Below are positions 23,625 through 35,988 of a stretch of DNA of 64,000 nt, piece by piece; the first letter of the stretch is position 1, and every line of letters starts with the position of its first letter. The stretch comes from Selaginella moellendorffii (lineage: Eukaryota; Plantae; Lycopodiophyta), in NCBI RefSeq assembly GCF_000143415.4, contig NW_003314278.1:264371-328370 (forward strand), given 5' to 3'. The translations under genes and the position numbers were made by a program. Under the pieces are notes generated by a model. The model was not told the origin of the DNA, did no database searches, and saw nothing but the letters and a program-made list of their open reading frames with translations.

Positions 23625-24837
23625 ATGGCGAGGAGAGCTCTGGCGATGGCCGCTGGCGCCTTGAGCAAGCCCCAGCTGGATGGAGTGGAAAGGATTATCG
23701 CTGTGGCTTCAGGGAAAGGAGGAGTCGGGAAATCCACCACGGCAGGTTCGTGTTCTTAGAATTCTTTAGAGTGAATGTCTTTGTTTTTACATAGTGAACT
23801 TGGCGGTAGCGCTCGCTTTGAAATGTAAGCTCCGGGTGGGGCTTTTGGACGCTGATGTCTACGGGCCTTCGATTCCACTGCTCATGAATCTCAGTGGACA
23901 GCCTAAGATCGATAGCGGTAAGAAAGTTTTCCATTTTTCGATGACATCCAGTTGAGAAGAAAAAATGTAGCGAACAAGATGATCCCGCTGGAGAACTATG
24001 GTGTGAAGTGCATGTCGATGGGATTTCTGATGGAGAAAGATGCGCCAGTGGTTTGGAGAGGGCCGATGGTATGATCGTCTCCTTGTTCTTTCTTTGAAGG
24101 TTTTTGTTCTTTCGAGCAAAATGACTGTCTTTGCAGCTCTCTACAGGTCATGAGCGCGCTGGAGAAGCTGACGAGAGGTGTCTCGTGGGGAAAACTGGAT
24201 ATCATGGTCGTGGACATGCCGCCAGGCACTGGTGATGCGCAGATATCAGTTTCACAGCGTCTGAAACTGGCAGGTGATGAAGGATAGTTTTTCTTGTTCG
24301 AGATCTTCTCCTCTCACAGCTTTTCCTGATTGATCCAGGTGCTGTGATTGTGTCGACGCCTCAAGATATTGCTCTGTTGGATGCAAGACGAGGAACAAAC
24401 ATGTTCCAGAAGGTTCACGTTCCGGTAAGTCGTTCCATTGTTCTACCCATTTTTCTGTAAGTTCTCTGTTTTCCAGATTCTGGGATTAATTGAGAACATG
24501 AGCTACTTTATTTGCCCCGGCTGCGGCCAAAGCTCACACATTTTCGGGCACGGAGGATGTGAGACAACCGCTAAAGAAATGCAAATCGACTTCCTTGGCA
24601 AGGTATAATCCAATATATCCGGTTTTCTCTTGAGGAATCTCGTTGCGCTTTTTTCCTCAGGTTCCACTTGATGTTCATATCCGAGAGACTTCAGATGAAG
24701 GAAAGCCTATCGTTGCTTCAAGTGCTAACAGCGATGTCGCTGCAGTGTACAACAGCATTGCTACAAGAATAGTTGATAAAATGAGAGAACTCGCGTCAGC
24801 GGGTGCATACGTGACACCCAACATCTCTGTTGGTTAA
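23625..24837 (+). CDS. IND1: Mrp/NBP35-family Fe-S carrier ATPase, IND1/NUBPL-like, multi-exon
   Basis: [66 protein letters not shown]. Confidence 0.88.
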
Positions 24838-25155
24838 ATCTTTAAATGCAGAGCTCTTTCATTGTTTTGTATGAATTGTCAGCTGAATCACGGTAGTCTG
24901 GTATGTATCTTACGTCTTTCTTGAGTTGACTACTGGCCATCATAAGTTGACTAGAGTTGACTATCGTTTTAATTGTCCTCCCAAATACAGCAGTTCCTTG
25001 CGCAGCCCCGAAATCGTGGTCAACTTAGACCCAGTCTAGCTTTCTTTCACTTTACGTAACTCAAAGCACGCGGTGCCACAGTCTGCCAAGTCTGCCCATC
25101 GTTGTCGGCGGCACCCTATAAAGGATTACCGCTGCATCTTTCGATTCTCCATTTC

Positions 25156-25836
25156 ATGGCAATGGCGGTTGTAAGCAGCCAGTTCTGCAAGTCTGAGGAG
25201 GTTGCGCTCGTCTACAGACGAGGCTGGAGAAATGAGGAGGTGCTCGATCTCACTGGTAGGCCTCTCTTCAAGGTCAAGCACCCCTCCTTTGTTTGGAACC
25301 GCGACCACTATATCGTAGACCTCACTACAAATGCTCCACTTGTTCGTTTGCGGCCACAGGCAAAGACCATCACTTTCCTGAAGCTCTAAATCCTGACAAT
25401 CTGTGCTCGCAGATGTTTTTACCAGTGAGAGGTATTTGGTATGGATATCATGCACAACAGGACCGCATGCTGTTTATGCTGAGGAGCTCTTCGATCTTTC
25501 AGATAAGCATGTCGATTGATGTGTTTGTGGGGTCGGACAAGGAGCCGGGCAAGAACAGGCAGCCGGATTACCAAATCAAGGGACACAGCTTCAGCCGGGG
25601 CATCGATATCGTTCGAGGCCACAACCAAGAGCAGGTAATTCAGATTGCTTTGGTTATCTGACTTCGCATGAACTGATCGTATGTATTTCACCTAGGCCAA
25701 GGGTGGTTCGTTATGGGGCCGCACTGAGTACACCATAAGCGTGGCGCCTGGAGTCGATATTGCGTTCGTTGTCTCACTGATCGCAATCGTTCATGATAAA
25801 AGGAGCAGCTCGAATGCTTCCTCGACGACAGTGTAA
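25156..25836 (+). CDS. LURP-one-related (Tubby C-terminal-like) protein
   Basis: VVSSQFC..VLDLTGRPLFKV, PDYQIKG, VAPGVDIAFVVSLIAI; TATAAA near 25117; a GC-AG intron at 25360-25412 is needed to keep the frame. Confidence 0.8.
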
Positions 25837-26269
25837 CCCAAGGTTTCAGAACAGTCGTGTGTGTACATAGATAGAGGCCACCATTTGGGCGGCTCAATTG
25901 ACTGTTGAATCTCTCTAGCTGGTTCTGTGAAAGAGCAATTAACTCCATGCGAATTGATCTCAGGGGGAGTTTCAAATTAAGCAGACTTGTCTCCTTGATG
26001 CATTACATTACCTTAATGCTTTTAGATACGTCTCTTGCTTCAGTGTCAGAGTAATATTCAATCTGATTGGATCGGGTTTGCACCTCAACAAGGCGGCATG
26101 TGAGACTTTTCGATCTTTCAGCTCAGAATGTTAATGGATTAAAATTTGTGTTGGTCATCTCGCTGGTCGCAAGCAAAACTTCGCATGCTTCGAGACTCGC
26201 ACACTTGATTGAATCTTTAGGCAAAGGCTGCAAGACAGGCTTGTTTGGTTGCTTGAGAATCTAGCAGCG

Positions 26270-28870
26270 GTAGAAACGCTAGAAGAAACTTACACAGCGA
26301 TTAGTGCCGTTGACATTTGTTCACCTTCTTTCGATCCCTGCGATGAGCAGGCGCGTGATAAACCCTAAATCAAAATTGAGCAGTCGGCATCTTTTTCTTT
26401 CAGTACGGAATCTCAGTGGACTGCCTAAATTGATACGATTTTTTTTCCACTTTGATTGCATGGGACCTGGCACATTTTCCAAGGTTGGGTATGTTGTTGT
26501 AAAATTATATCTGGGTATTGGGAATGAATTACAAGGTATTTCCTGGTCATTGGATTGGCATAATTAGATGGTGGCCGTCTATTGGAATTGCATGTTTGAA
26601 ACAAGGGTTAAAGAGTTTGCGAGCGAGGAGTGAGGAGCAAGGCGCCAAACATCGGATCACAATGAGAAAGGTAACTAGAAGAGAGGAGAGCCTGATCACC
26701 TTGCATAGACATGAATCCAGAGAGTTGGATAGAATTCAAGCACCTAGGCCATGGTTCTTGGAGGCCAAGGGAGAATGCAAGGCAGATTAGTAGATGTAAA
26801 AGAAAATTAGAGCAACTTGTTCTTCGCTTGGGGAGATCTTTAAAGTAGGGGATTGTGTAGTAGTTTGAGAAGATCACACGAATGAAAGCACGACTTGGAA
26901 AGCAAAGATTGAATCCTTATTTTGGATACAACAAGATTTCGAGCTTAAGTTTTTTTTCGAGTAAGCATGCATTGGTTGAAGCTAGAAGGTCTTGAAGCCA
27001 TTTGGTGGCAGCTACAGATGTAACAACAGGGATGGTACTACTAACAAAAGGAGGCAAGAGGGAGATTGGCCAGTGCAGGAGATTCTAGTTCATCTTATTT
27101 CCTTTACTCATAGCTGGCACAGATATATGTTATGAACAACTTGGAAGGTTAGCGTATTTGCTAATGATCACTATTGACTTTCCATCCAACAGTTGCTGCA
27201 AGTAGAAGAGTGTGATGTCTAGGAGTGGACAAATGAAGATGTTGTAAGTTTGTTGCTGAGATTAATAATGGGCAGTAGTTCTTAGAGGCTATACGGAAGT
27301 TAAGGCTTAATGGTGAAAGCCCCTTGCTTATGGAGCCACAAGACTTGATCAAGTTTGGGATGGACTAGCATACAAAGAAAATTCTATGTTGCTATATTGA
27401 TGCTAAAAACTAGATATATTTTTTCTTCTTTGAACTCTACTTTTCCTTTCAATGTAGAAAAAGCCAAGTCCATCTCATGCATTACCTGAAAAAATCATTC
27501 TAGCCAGTGATGATGGAGATGGCAATGACTTCACTGATGAAGAAGTTCCAACATATGAGTGGATTTTTCACAAGCTTCCACCTCCCGGTGATTGACAATA
27601 CAGTAGCTATGGTTAAAAATTTCTAGTATAGTATTGGCTGATGCAACATGACGTCCAGAAATCCAACATTGTACTAGTTCATAAATGGGCCAAACTATAC
27701 CAAGACTTGTTGCTACACCATAATTTCAAGTCAAAAAACAACACCACAAAAGCTACTATCATGAAGTTCATCCATGATAAATATGAGGGTTCTATCTGTC
27801 TCTTGTGTTTTCATAAGTGAATCACTTACTGGCTTCCCAAAGATATTTTGGAGAGAATGCTAACCTAGAAGCACGACAAGGAAAGAAAGGTAATTGCTTG
27901 TTCCAATTACTTTTAACTATTTCTTTTTTCAACAGAAATGTTCTAGTGTGCATGAAAAAGAGAATATTATGCTGGAAGAGAAAATTACAAACACTCCAAA
28001 GGTATGCGAAAGTGGAAGCAGAGGAAGTGCAATCGGACAAGGTATCAAACTTTACATTTCTTTCTTGAATTTTAACTTCATATTATGTTACAGGTACCAC
28101 ATAAAAGGAAGACTATTGTCCCTAAATGATTCAAAAATTGTGCAACTGAACAAAAGTGCCAAAGCTTTTAATGTTCCATAAAACAAGTATCGGTTACCAT
28201 GTCACAAGTAATTTACTTCATTCCCTTTCCACTTTTATTTCTTATAGAACACTCTCCATTTTTTATTTCTTACACAGCAAGCAACTGAGATGAAGTGAAA
28301 TAAAGCTGATGTAAAAGTGTTATAATAACAATGTAACAATGTTGGAATAATTCCACACAATATATTTACAATACCAACCCCTGTGAATTGAAAAGAAAAA
28401 CTCTCTCTCTACAGATGAGTCTTGTGGGGAAAACTGGATATCATGGTCGTGGGCATGATGCACTGGCAGGTAATGAAGAATAATTTTCTCATTTGGAATT
28501 TTTCCCCGTGATTGTGTCGACTATTGCTCTGGGACCAACATGTTTCGTTCTGGTACGTCGTGTCAGTTTTCTAAGTTCTCTGTCGGGATTAGTTTGCCCT
28601 AAAGCTGGAGGACTTCTCTGCTTTTTTCTTAGGTTCCACTTGATGTTCATATTGGGGAGATCATTGTTGCTTCAAGTGCTACCAATGCTGTGGCTGCAGT
28701 GTACAACAACATTTCTACAAGAATAGTTTGATAACACGAGAAAACTCGACATCTCTGTTGGTTAAAGCAGAGCCCTTTACACCATTGTTTTGCTCCGATT
28801 GTCGGCTGAATCACGGTTGTCTGGTACGTCTTTATGTTTCTTACGGTTGAGTTTCTGACTGCTGGCCATT
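26270..28870 (+). pseudogene. Decayed, deletion-riddled duplicate of the ELF1/IND1 region, split by a ~1.9-kb insertion
   Basis: 26276-26440 matches pieces of 23224, 23394, 23596-23613 (inverted) and 23886; 28415-28870 matches 24178-24940 (ggaaaactggatatcatggtcgtgg, aggttccacttgatgttcatat, catctctgttggttaaa). Confidence 0.8.
26480..28383. mobile_element. Possible degenerate DNA-transposon-like insertion
   Basis: AT-rich stop-riddled block interrupting the IND1 duplicate. The ends are loosely inverted: caaggttgggtat..tgtaaaattatat versus the reverse complement caggggttggtattgtaaatatat. No transposase motif was recognised. Confidence 0.35.
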
Positions 28871-29269
28871 GTAGAAAAGCTGTTTCAGTCTCTCTCCATA
28901 AGCTGGCAATAATGTGAGCCTTTTCGGAGTTTCCGGTCTCTTCCAAGAAGAAAACAGGAGAGTAACGCGGCACCTTCCTTTCTGTATGTTGGCTACACGA
29001 CTAAGCTTTGTCTGATATTTGTATTTGATTTACAAGCGTTTATGATAGTTTGTCGTGCCCGCGAGTCTTAATGGGACACACCAACCAGTAGACAGGAGAT
29101 TGGTGTGGCTAACAACTGAGAGGTTTAGACGTCTGTGTACTGACTTTCGGTCGTCTCTCTTTAAATCAGAAGCTTCATCGAGAGACGGTCGCTTCAATCG
29201 TTGAAGCTTCTGAAGTGTTCTTTGTGGAGGAGTTAAAATCCCGAGGGCAAGAACAAGCAGCAGCGGAAA

Positions 29270-30724
29270 ATGGGTTCTCTCGTAGATAGCAGGCCTCATG
29301 CGGTTGCGCTCCCGGTCGCAGTTCAAGGTCATGTTTCTCCTCTCTTACACCTTTGCAAAGCTCTCGCCTCCAGAGGCTTCGTCATCACCTTCATCAACAC
29401 GGAGGCCGTCCAGAGCCGGATGAAGCATGTCACAGACGGTGAAGACGGCCTTGACATTCGCTTCGAGACGGTTCCCGGTACTCCATTGGACTTCGACCTT
29501 TTCTACAAGGACAACCGGCTAATCTTCTTCAAGTCCATGGAGGATATGGAAGGTCCGGTCGAGAAGCTGCTGGTGGACAAGATCTCGAAGAGGGGACCTC
29601 CAGTTTCGTGCCTCATCTCGGACTTGTTTTACAGGTGGTCCAGAGATGTGGCTCAAAGGGTCGGGATACTCAATGTTACTTTTTGGACCTCGACTGCTCA
29701 CTCACTTCTTCTCGAGTACCATTTACCGAAATTGCTAGAGCATGGTGACATACCAGTGCAAGGTACTCCGCTCTTTTACAGGTTTTCCGTGTCTTACCTT
29801 TTCATCCTTGCAGATTTTTCAATCGACAAGGTGATAACTTACATTCCCGGGGTGTCGCCACTGCCAATCTGGGGCCTCCCCTCGGTGTTGTCCGCTCATG
29901 ATGAAAAGTTGGATCCCGGGTTTGCTCGCCGGCACCACAGAACAACGCAAATGACTAAGGATGCATGGGTCCTTTTCAACAGCTTTGAAGAGCTCGAAGG
30001 TGACGCGTTTGAGGCAGCCAGGGAGATCAACGCAAACAGCATCGCAGTTGGACCTCTTTTGCTTTGCACTGGCGACAAGAAAGCAAGCAATCCAAGCCTC
30101 TGGAACGAAGATCAGGAGTGTTTATCGTGGCTGGATAAGCAAGTTCCGGAGTCCGTTCTCTATATATCCTTCGGCAGCATCGCTACTCTCAGCTTGGAGC
30201 AGTTCATGGAGATCTCAGCGGGATTGGAAGAGCTCCAGAGACCATTTCTTTGGGCCATTCGTCCGAAGTCAATTGCCAACTTAGAGGCTGAGTTCTTCGA
30301 ATCATTCAAGGCGAGAGTTGGCGGCTTTGGGCTCGTCGTGAGCTGGGCTCCTCAGCTGGAAATCCTACAGCATCCTTCCACCGGTGGATTTTTGAGTCAC
30401 TGTGGCTGGAACTCGACGCTCGAGAGTATCTCAGGAGGCGTTCCAATGATCTGCTGGCCTTGCATCGCCGAGCAAAATCTTAACTGCAAGCTGGTGGTGG
30501 AGGACTGGAAGATCGGATTGAAGTTCTCAAATGTAGCGACTCAAAAGCTCGTTACCAGGGAGGAATTCGTGAAAGTTGTGAAGACACTCATGGAAGAAGA
30601 AAGTGGTAGCGATATGAGGAACAACGTTAAAAAGATCAAGGAAGAAGCTTATAAGACAGTTTTGAAAGGTGGCTCTTCGTATGGCAACCTCCAAAAGTTT
30701 GTGGAATCTATGAGGAGTATGTAG
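29270..30724 (+). CDS. UDP-glycosyltransferase (GT1); one in-frame 51-nt intron (29763-29813)
   Basis: PVAVQGHVSP, SCLISD, PSPG WAPQLEILQH..HCGWNS..WPCIAEQ. Confidence 0.94.
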   Translation: MGSLVDSRPHAVALPVAVQGHVSPLLHLCKALASRGFVITFINTEAVQSRMKHVTDGEDGLDIRFETVPGTPLDFDLFYKDNRLIFFKSMEDMEGPVEKLLVDKISKRGPPVSCLISDLFYRWSRDVAQRVGILNVTFWTSTAHSLLLEYHLPKLLEHGDIPVQGTPLFYRFSVSYLFILADFSIDKVITYIPGVSPLPIWGLPSVLSAHDEKLDPGFARRHHRTTQMTKDAWVLFNSFEELEGDAFEAAREINANSIAVGPLLLCTGDKKASNPSLWNEDQECLSWLDKQVPESVLYISFGSIATLSLEQFMEISAGLEELQRPFLWAIRPKSIANLEAEFFESFKARVGGFGLVVSWAPQLEILQHPSTGGFLSHCGWNSTLESISGGVPMICWPCIAEQNLNCKLVVEDWKIGLKFSNVATQKLVTREEFVKVVKTLMEEESGSDMRNNVKKIKEEAYKTVLKGGSSYGNLQKFVESMRSM

Positions 30725-31046
30725 AAAAACATTTAAGGGCAAAAGAATTTCTTTTAATTTAATATAAATGGTTAGTCTTGAATAAAACTATTGTTTAGTC
30801 TTAAGCAAGATACCATTAGAATATACTTAGACTTAACAATCTTAAGTAAATTCCCATTAACGTGAAATGCGGTCACGTGTTTTTTACGAGCATATTCCAG
30901 GTCCATTTGGTGCTCTATTTTTCCTGTAGCGAGGAAAAGGGTTTTAGATGGATAGATAGATAGCGATCCCAGCTCCTAGGTTTTCGAGCGTGGATTCCAT
31001 CGCTTTGCTCCTCGCCGCCGCGCAGGTCTCTGATCGAATTGAGCAG

Positions 31047-34000
31047 ATGGGATCGCTGGAAGCAAGCATCGAATTGATCGGCGATCCCCAGGAGCCGATT
31101 CTCTACGTGAATGGGAAGCGCTACATTCTCCCCGATGGGTTAGCTCACACGACGCTGCTGGAGTATCTCCGAGGTGAGAATTTGTGAGAATTCGCACAGC
31201 ATCGGTGCTCTTGTTCGCGCGATAATTTCCAGGGCTTGGCTTGACTGGAACGAAATTGGGATGTGGAGAAGGAGGGTGTGGAGCGTGCACAGTGATGATT
31301 TCTTTCTTCGACAATGAAGAAGACAAAATCAAGTAAGCTTGTCCCTGTTGAGATGAGAGCAAAGAATTAAACTGCTGTTCTTCTTTTGTTCTTGCTTGTA
31401 GTCATCGAGCGATCAACGCTTGCTTGGCTCCGCTCTACTCAGTCGAAGGCATGCACGTCATGACCGTGGAAGGAATTGGAAGTCGGCGTAAAGGCCTTCA
31501 CAAAGTCCAGGTAGCGTTGATGCTAAAACTATACTCCATAACTTCTCTTCGCAAACTTTGTCACAGGAAGTCTTGGCTAACACACATGGCTCGCAATGCG
31601 GTTTTTGTACACCAGGCTTCGTCATGTCGATGTACGCACTGCTCAGGACTTGCAAGACGCCACCAACAGAAGAACAGATAGAAGAAAGCCTCGCGGGGAA
31701 TTTATGTCGATGCACGGGTTACCGGCCTATTCTAGAGGCATTCCGGACGTTCACCAAAGCAGATAGTTTCCTCTACTGGGATGATTCTGCCAAGGCAAGT
31801 GGAGTCGCTGTGAATCGGGCCTCTCAAGGTGGTAAGATCTGTCCTGGTACTGGAAGGCCTTGTGACTGTGGACCTGAAAAGAAAACCGGTTGCTGTAGCG
31901 TACAGGAAAAACCATCAGAGATCAAGGATCGGGGGGAGCTTATTTTTCCTCCCGAGCTAATGACCAGGAAGGTTCAGTCTTTGGTTCTGAAAGGTGCTGG
32001 GGATTTGCAGTGGTTCCGTCCGTTAAGCCTGCCTGACTTACTGGATTTGAAGAAACGGTATCCGGATGCTAAGTTGGTGGTCGGGAACAGTGAAGTTGGC
32101 ATAGAGACAAGGTTTAAGAACTTGAGGTACCCGGTACTGATTGCAGCTACTCACGTCGCAGAGCTCAACGCCATCAAAGTTCTCGACGATGGTCTTAATA
32201 TTGGTGCGTCCGTGACGCTGGAAAAACTCCGGGAAGTGATGCATGCTTGTGTGAAGGACAGGAAGGCTTACGAAGTATCTGGATGCGACGCATTCTTGGC
32301 ACAGTTGAAGTGGTTTGCAGGGGTTCAAATAAGAAATGTTTCCTCTATTGGAGGCAACATTTGTACTGCTAGTCCTATCTCGGATTTAAATCCTCTTTGG
32401 ATAGCAGCGGGGGCCGTTTTCACCTTAGTTGATGACAGTGGATTGCCGCGGTCAGTACAGGCAAGCGACTTTTTTATCGGGTATCGCAGGGTGGCATTGC
32501 GGAAAGGAGAGATTCTTGCCAGCGTTTTTCTTCCATGGACGAGGAAGAACGAATATATAAAGGAGTTTAAGCAGTCTCACCGCAGAGATGACGACATCGC
32601 TCTTGTCAACGCAGGGATGAGAGTTCATCTAAAAGAGGAGACGGGGAAATGGCTCGTATCGGGGATTTCATTGGTATATGGTGGAGTTGCCGCTGTTCCC
32701 GTTCGTGCGAGCAAAACCGAGACTTTTATGCAAGGAAAAGTTTGGGACAAATCGACCCTGGAAGGTGCTCTTTCGGAGCTTCAGAAGGACATCATCATTG
32801 CCGATAATGCTCCCGGAGGCATGGCCGAATTCAGGAGGTCTCTCATTTTGAGTTTTTTCTTCAAATATTTCTTGATGGTGGCGGACAAGCTTCAACAGGA
32901 TGAAAATGTCCAGCACGAGTTTTCCGAAAGGTTCATGTCAGCAGCTGATCCTTACAAGAGAGACATTTCTAGTGGGATGCAAAACTTCAAAACTATAGTG
33001 GATGGCTCAGCTGTCGGTCAGTCTATCGCTCATGTTTCAGCAGAGCTTCAGGTAACACCACAGTTTCTTTCGCACGAAAATTGAGCTGAAAATGCAACAG
33101 GTATCTGGTGAAGCACAATATCTTGATGACGAGCCTCTTCCACCCAATGGACTGCATGGTGCGTTGGTTTTGAGTACCAGACCGCATGCTCGTATCGTTT
33201 CTGTTAGCTACCGAGAGGCGGAGACTGTTCCTGGTTTCGCTGGTTATTTTTGCGCAAAAGACGTTCCTGGAGGAAATGATATTGGAGCTGTGGCGCATGA
33301 CGAAGAGTTATTTGCAACGAACGTTGTCACATGTGTTGGTCAGGTAGGAATATATATGTTTTTTAGTCATGGCTAATTGCTCTTCGCTGTGCCAGGTGAT
33401 TGGAGTTGTTGTTGCTGATACTCAGTATGCAGCAAGGGCCGCAGCACTAAAGGTCAAAGTGGTTTACGAAGACTTACCTGCGATTCTGAGCATTGAAGAC
33501 GCCATTGAGGCTGAGAGTTTTCTTCTGAAGGCGCCCCGAGTTCTTTCGAAGGGGAACGTACAAGAGTGTTTCGCCAGTGGGAAATGCGATCACATTGTCG
33601 AAGGCACTGTGCAAATGGGAGGACAGGAGCATTTTTACTTAGAACCGCATGGAACAACAGTATGGATTCAGGATGGTGGAAATGAGGTTATGATGCTATC
33701 ATCGACACAGGTAAGCTATTCTTGCGTTCAAAGGGCCAGAACTTACAAGGTTTCTGATGTCTACAGGCACCTCAGAAGCACCAGTATACTGTAGCGCACG
33801 TCTTGGGCATTCCAATGCATAGGGTGGTTTGTAAGACAAAACGAATTGGCGGTGGATTTGGAGGAAAGGAAACTCGTGGATTTGTCGAAGCAGCTGCAGC
33901 GGCCGTCCCTGCATATCTCTTAAGGAGGCCGGTGAAGCTAGTACTTGACAGAGAAGTGGACATGGCAATTACTGGTCAAAGGCATGCTTTCCTTGCGCGT

Positions 34001-35863
34001 TACAAGGTACCTTGTTATTTCTCCATGTGTGCGTTGCTTTGATTCATGGCTCTTCAATGTGAAGGTTGGTTTTACAAACGAGGGAAAAGTTATGGCATTG
34101 GACCTTCAGATATATAACAATGGTGGCAACTCATTGGATCTTTCGGACGCTGTTCTGGAGAGATCCATGTTCCATTCGGACAACGTTTATGTGATCCCGA
34201 ACGTGCATATATTTGGAAACGTATGCTTTACAAACATTCCCAGCAACACAGCGTTTCGCGGATTTGGCGGACCTCAAGGGATGCTTGTTACGGAGAATTG
34301 GATTGAACACATTGCAAAAACTCTGGGAGTACCCGCTTCAAAGATCAGGGTGTGTATCTCTAAAAAACGTTTTTTCTTTTGCTGCCAACGCTCAAAAACT
34401 TATGTTTTTACTGTTGACATTTTTAGGAAATTAATCTCCAAGGAGAAGGTTATGAGCTGCATTATAGCCAGGTTCTCGAGAACTGTCGTATAAAACAGGT
34501 TTGGTCAGAGTTGAAGTCTTCTTGTGAGCTTGCCTCACGCATGCATGAGATCGATTTATTTAACAAGAAAAATCGGTGGAAGAAAAGAGGAGTAGCGATG
34601 GTCCCTACAAAGTTTGGAATATCATTTACAACCAAGTTTATTAATCAGGTGAATGGTTTAATCAGGCAGCTTTTGATGGTGGAAATGACGGAATTTTCTC
34701 GTCCAGGCAGGTGCATTGGTCCAAGTTTATACAGACGGTACAGTTCTAGTGACACATGGTGGAGTTGAAATGGGACAAGGTTTACACACAAAAATCGCAC
34801 AGGTCGCTGCCACTGCTTTCGATATTCCCATAAGCTCAGTATTTATATCTGAAACAAGCACCGACAAGGTACGCTGCTTTTCACCTTTCAAGTTCTGCTC
34901 ACCACGTCTTGGAATGTAGGTACCAAATGCTTCGCCTACTGCGGCTTCTGCGAGCTCTGATATGTATGGTGCCGCTGTTATCGATGCATGCAACCAAATC
35001 AAAGAAAGGATGAGACCATTGATGTCTCAGTACGACTCGTTTGCGAAGGTACTAATCGTTGAAGTTACGTTTCTTTGGCTAATCTTTGTTGTTATATTGC
35101 AGCTGGTTATGGCGTGTTACTTACAGCGTATTGATCTCTCAGCACACGGGTTTTACATAACACCAGACATTGGTTTCGATTGGAAGACAGGGAAAGGATC
35201 ACCGTTCAGCTACTATACTTATGGAGCTGCTTGTGCCGAGGCAGAGATAGATTGTCTTACTGGTGATTCACACTTGAGACGTGTTGACATCGTCATGGAC
35301 TTGGGACATTCGCTGAATCCCGCTATTGATATTGGCCAGGTTCGAAGAGTAGAAAAGTTGCTACTTGCTAACAGTTTCTACGTACGTGTAGATTGAGGGT
35401 GCGTTTGTCCAAGGCCTCGGCTGGGTAGCACTAGAAGAACTTAAGTGGGGTGACAAAGCTCATCCTTGGATAAAGCCCGGATATCTTTTCACTCAAGGCC
35501 CCGGAACTTACAAACTGCCAACAGTAAACGATATTCCGATTGACTTCCGAGTCTCGCTCTTAAAGGTTTGGAATCTTTCCTTCGTAGGACTTTGGCTGAT
35601 GATATGGTGACTAAATCCAGGATGCTCCGAATCCAAGAGCCATCCACTCGTCGAAGGCAGTGGGGGAACCCCCGCTGTTCTTAGCTGCAGCGGCGCTTTT
35701 TGCAGTAAAAGAAGCTATCGCTTCTGCGAGAGCTGAAACGGGACTTCACGGGTGGTTTCTTTTGGACACCCCGGCCACTCCAGAAAGAATCAGGATGGCA
35801 TGCGTAGATGATATCACTGCTCGCTTCGCTTCGGCCGACTTCCGTCCAAAGTTAAGCGTTTGA
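31047..35863 (+). CDS. XDH1: Xanthine dehydrogenase (2Fe-2S/FAD/Moco), multi-exon
   Basis: [66 protein letters not shown]. The GGKE Glu and LER Arg favour XDH over aldehyde oxidase. Confidence 0.93.
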
Positions 35864-35988
35864 TTCTCCTGCTAACTTTCTGTACAGAAATTATACTAGA
35901 GATACCCCACATCTTTATCTACATATTTTCGTCTTTGGATCTCTTTCAAGACACTGTTCTTCTCTTCATCAGTTGCCTCATACTTGGA

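Noticed and set aside
31047-35863. Aldehyde oxidase or neofunctionalised Mo-hydroxylase
   Set aside because: The XDH-diagnostic active-site Glu and Arg and the FRGFGGPQG motif are retained.
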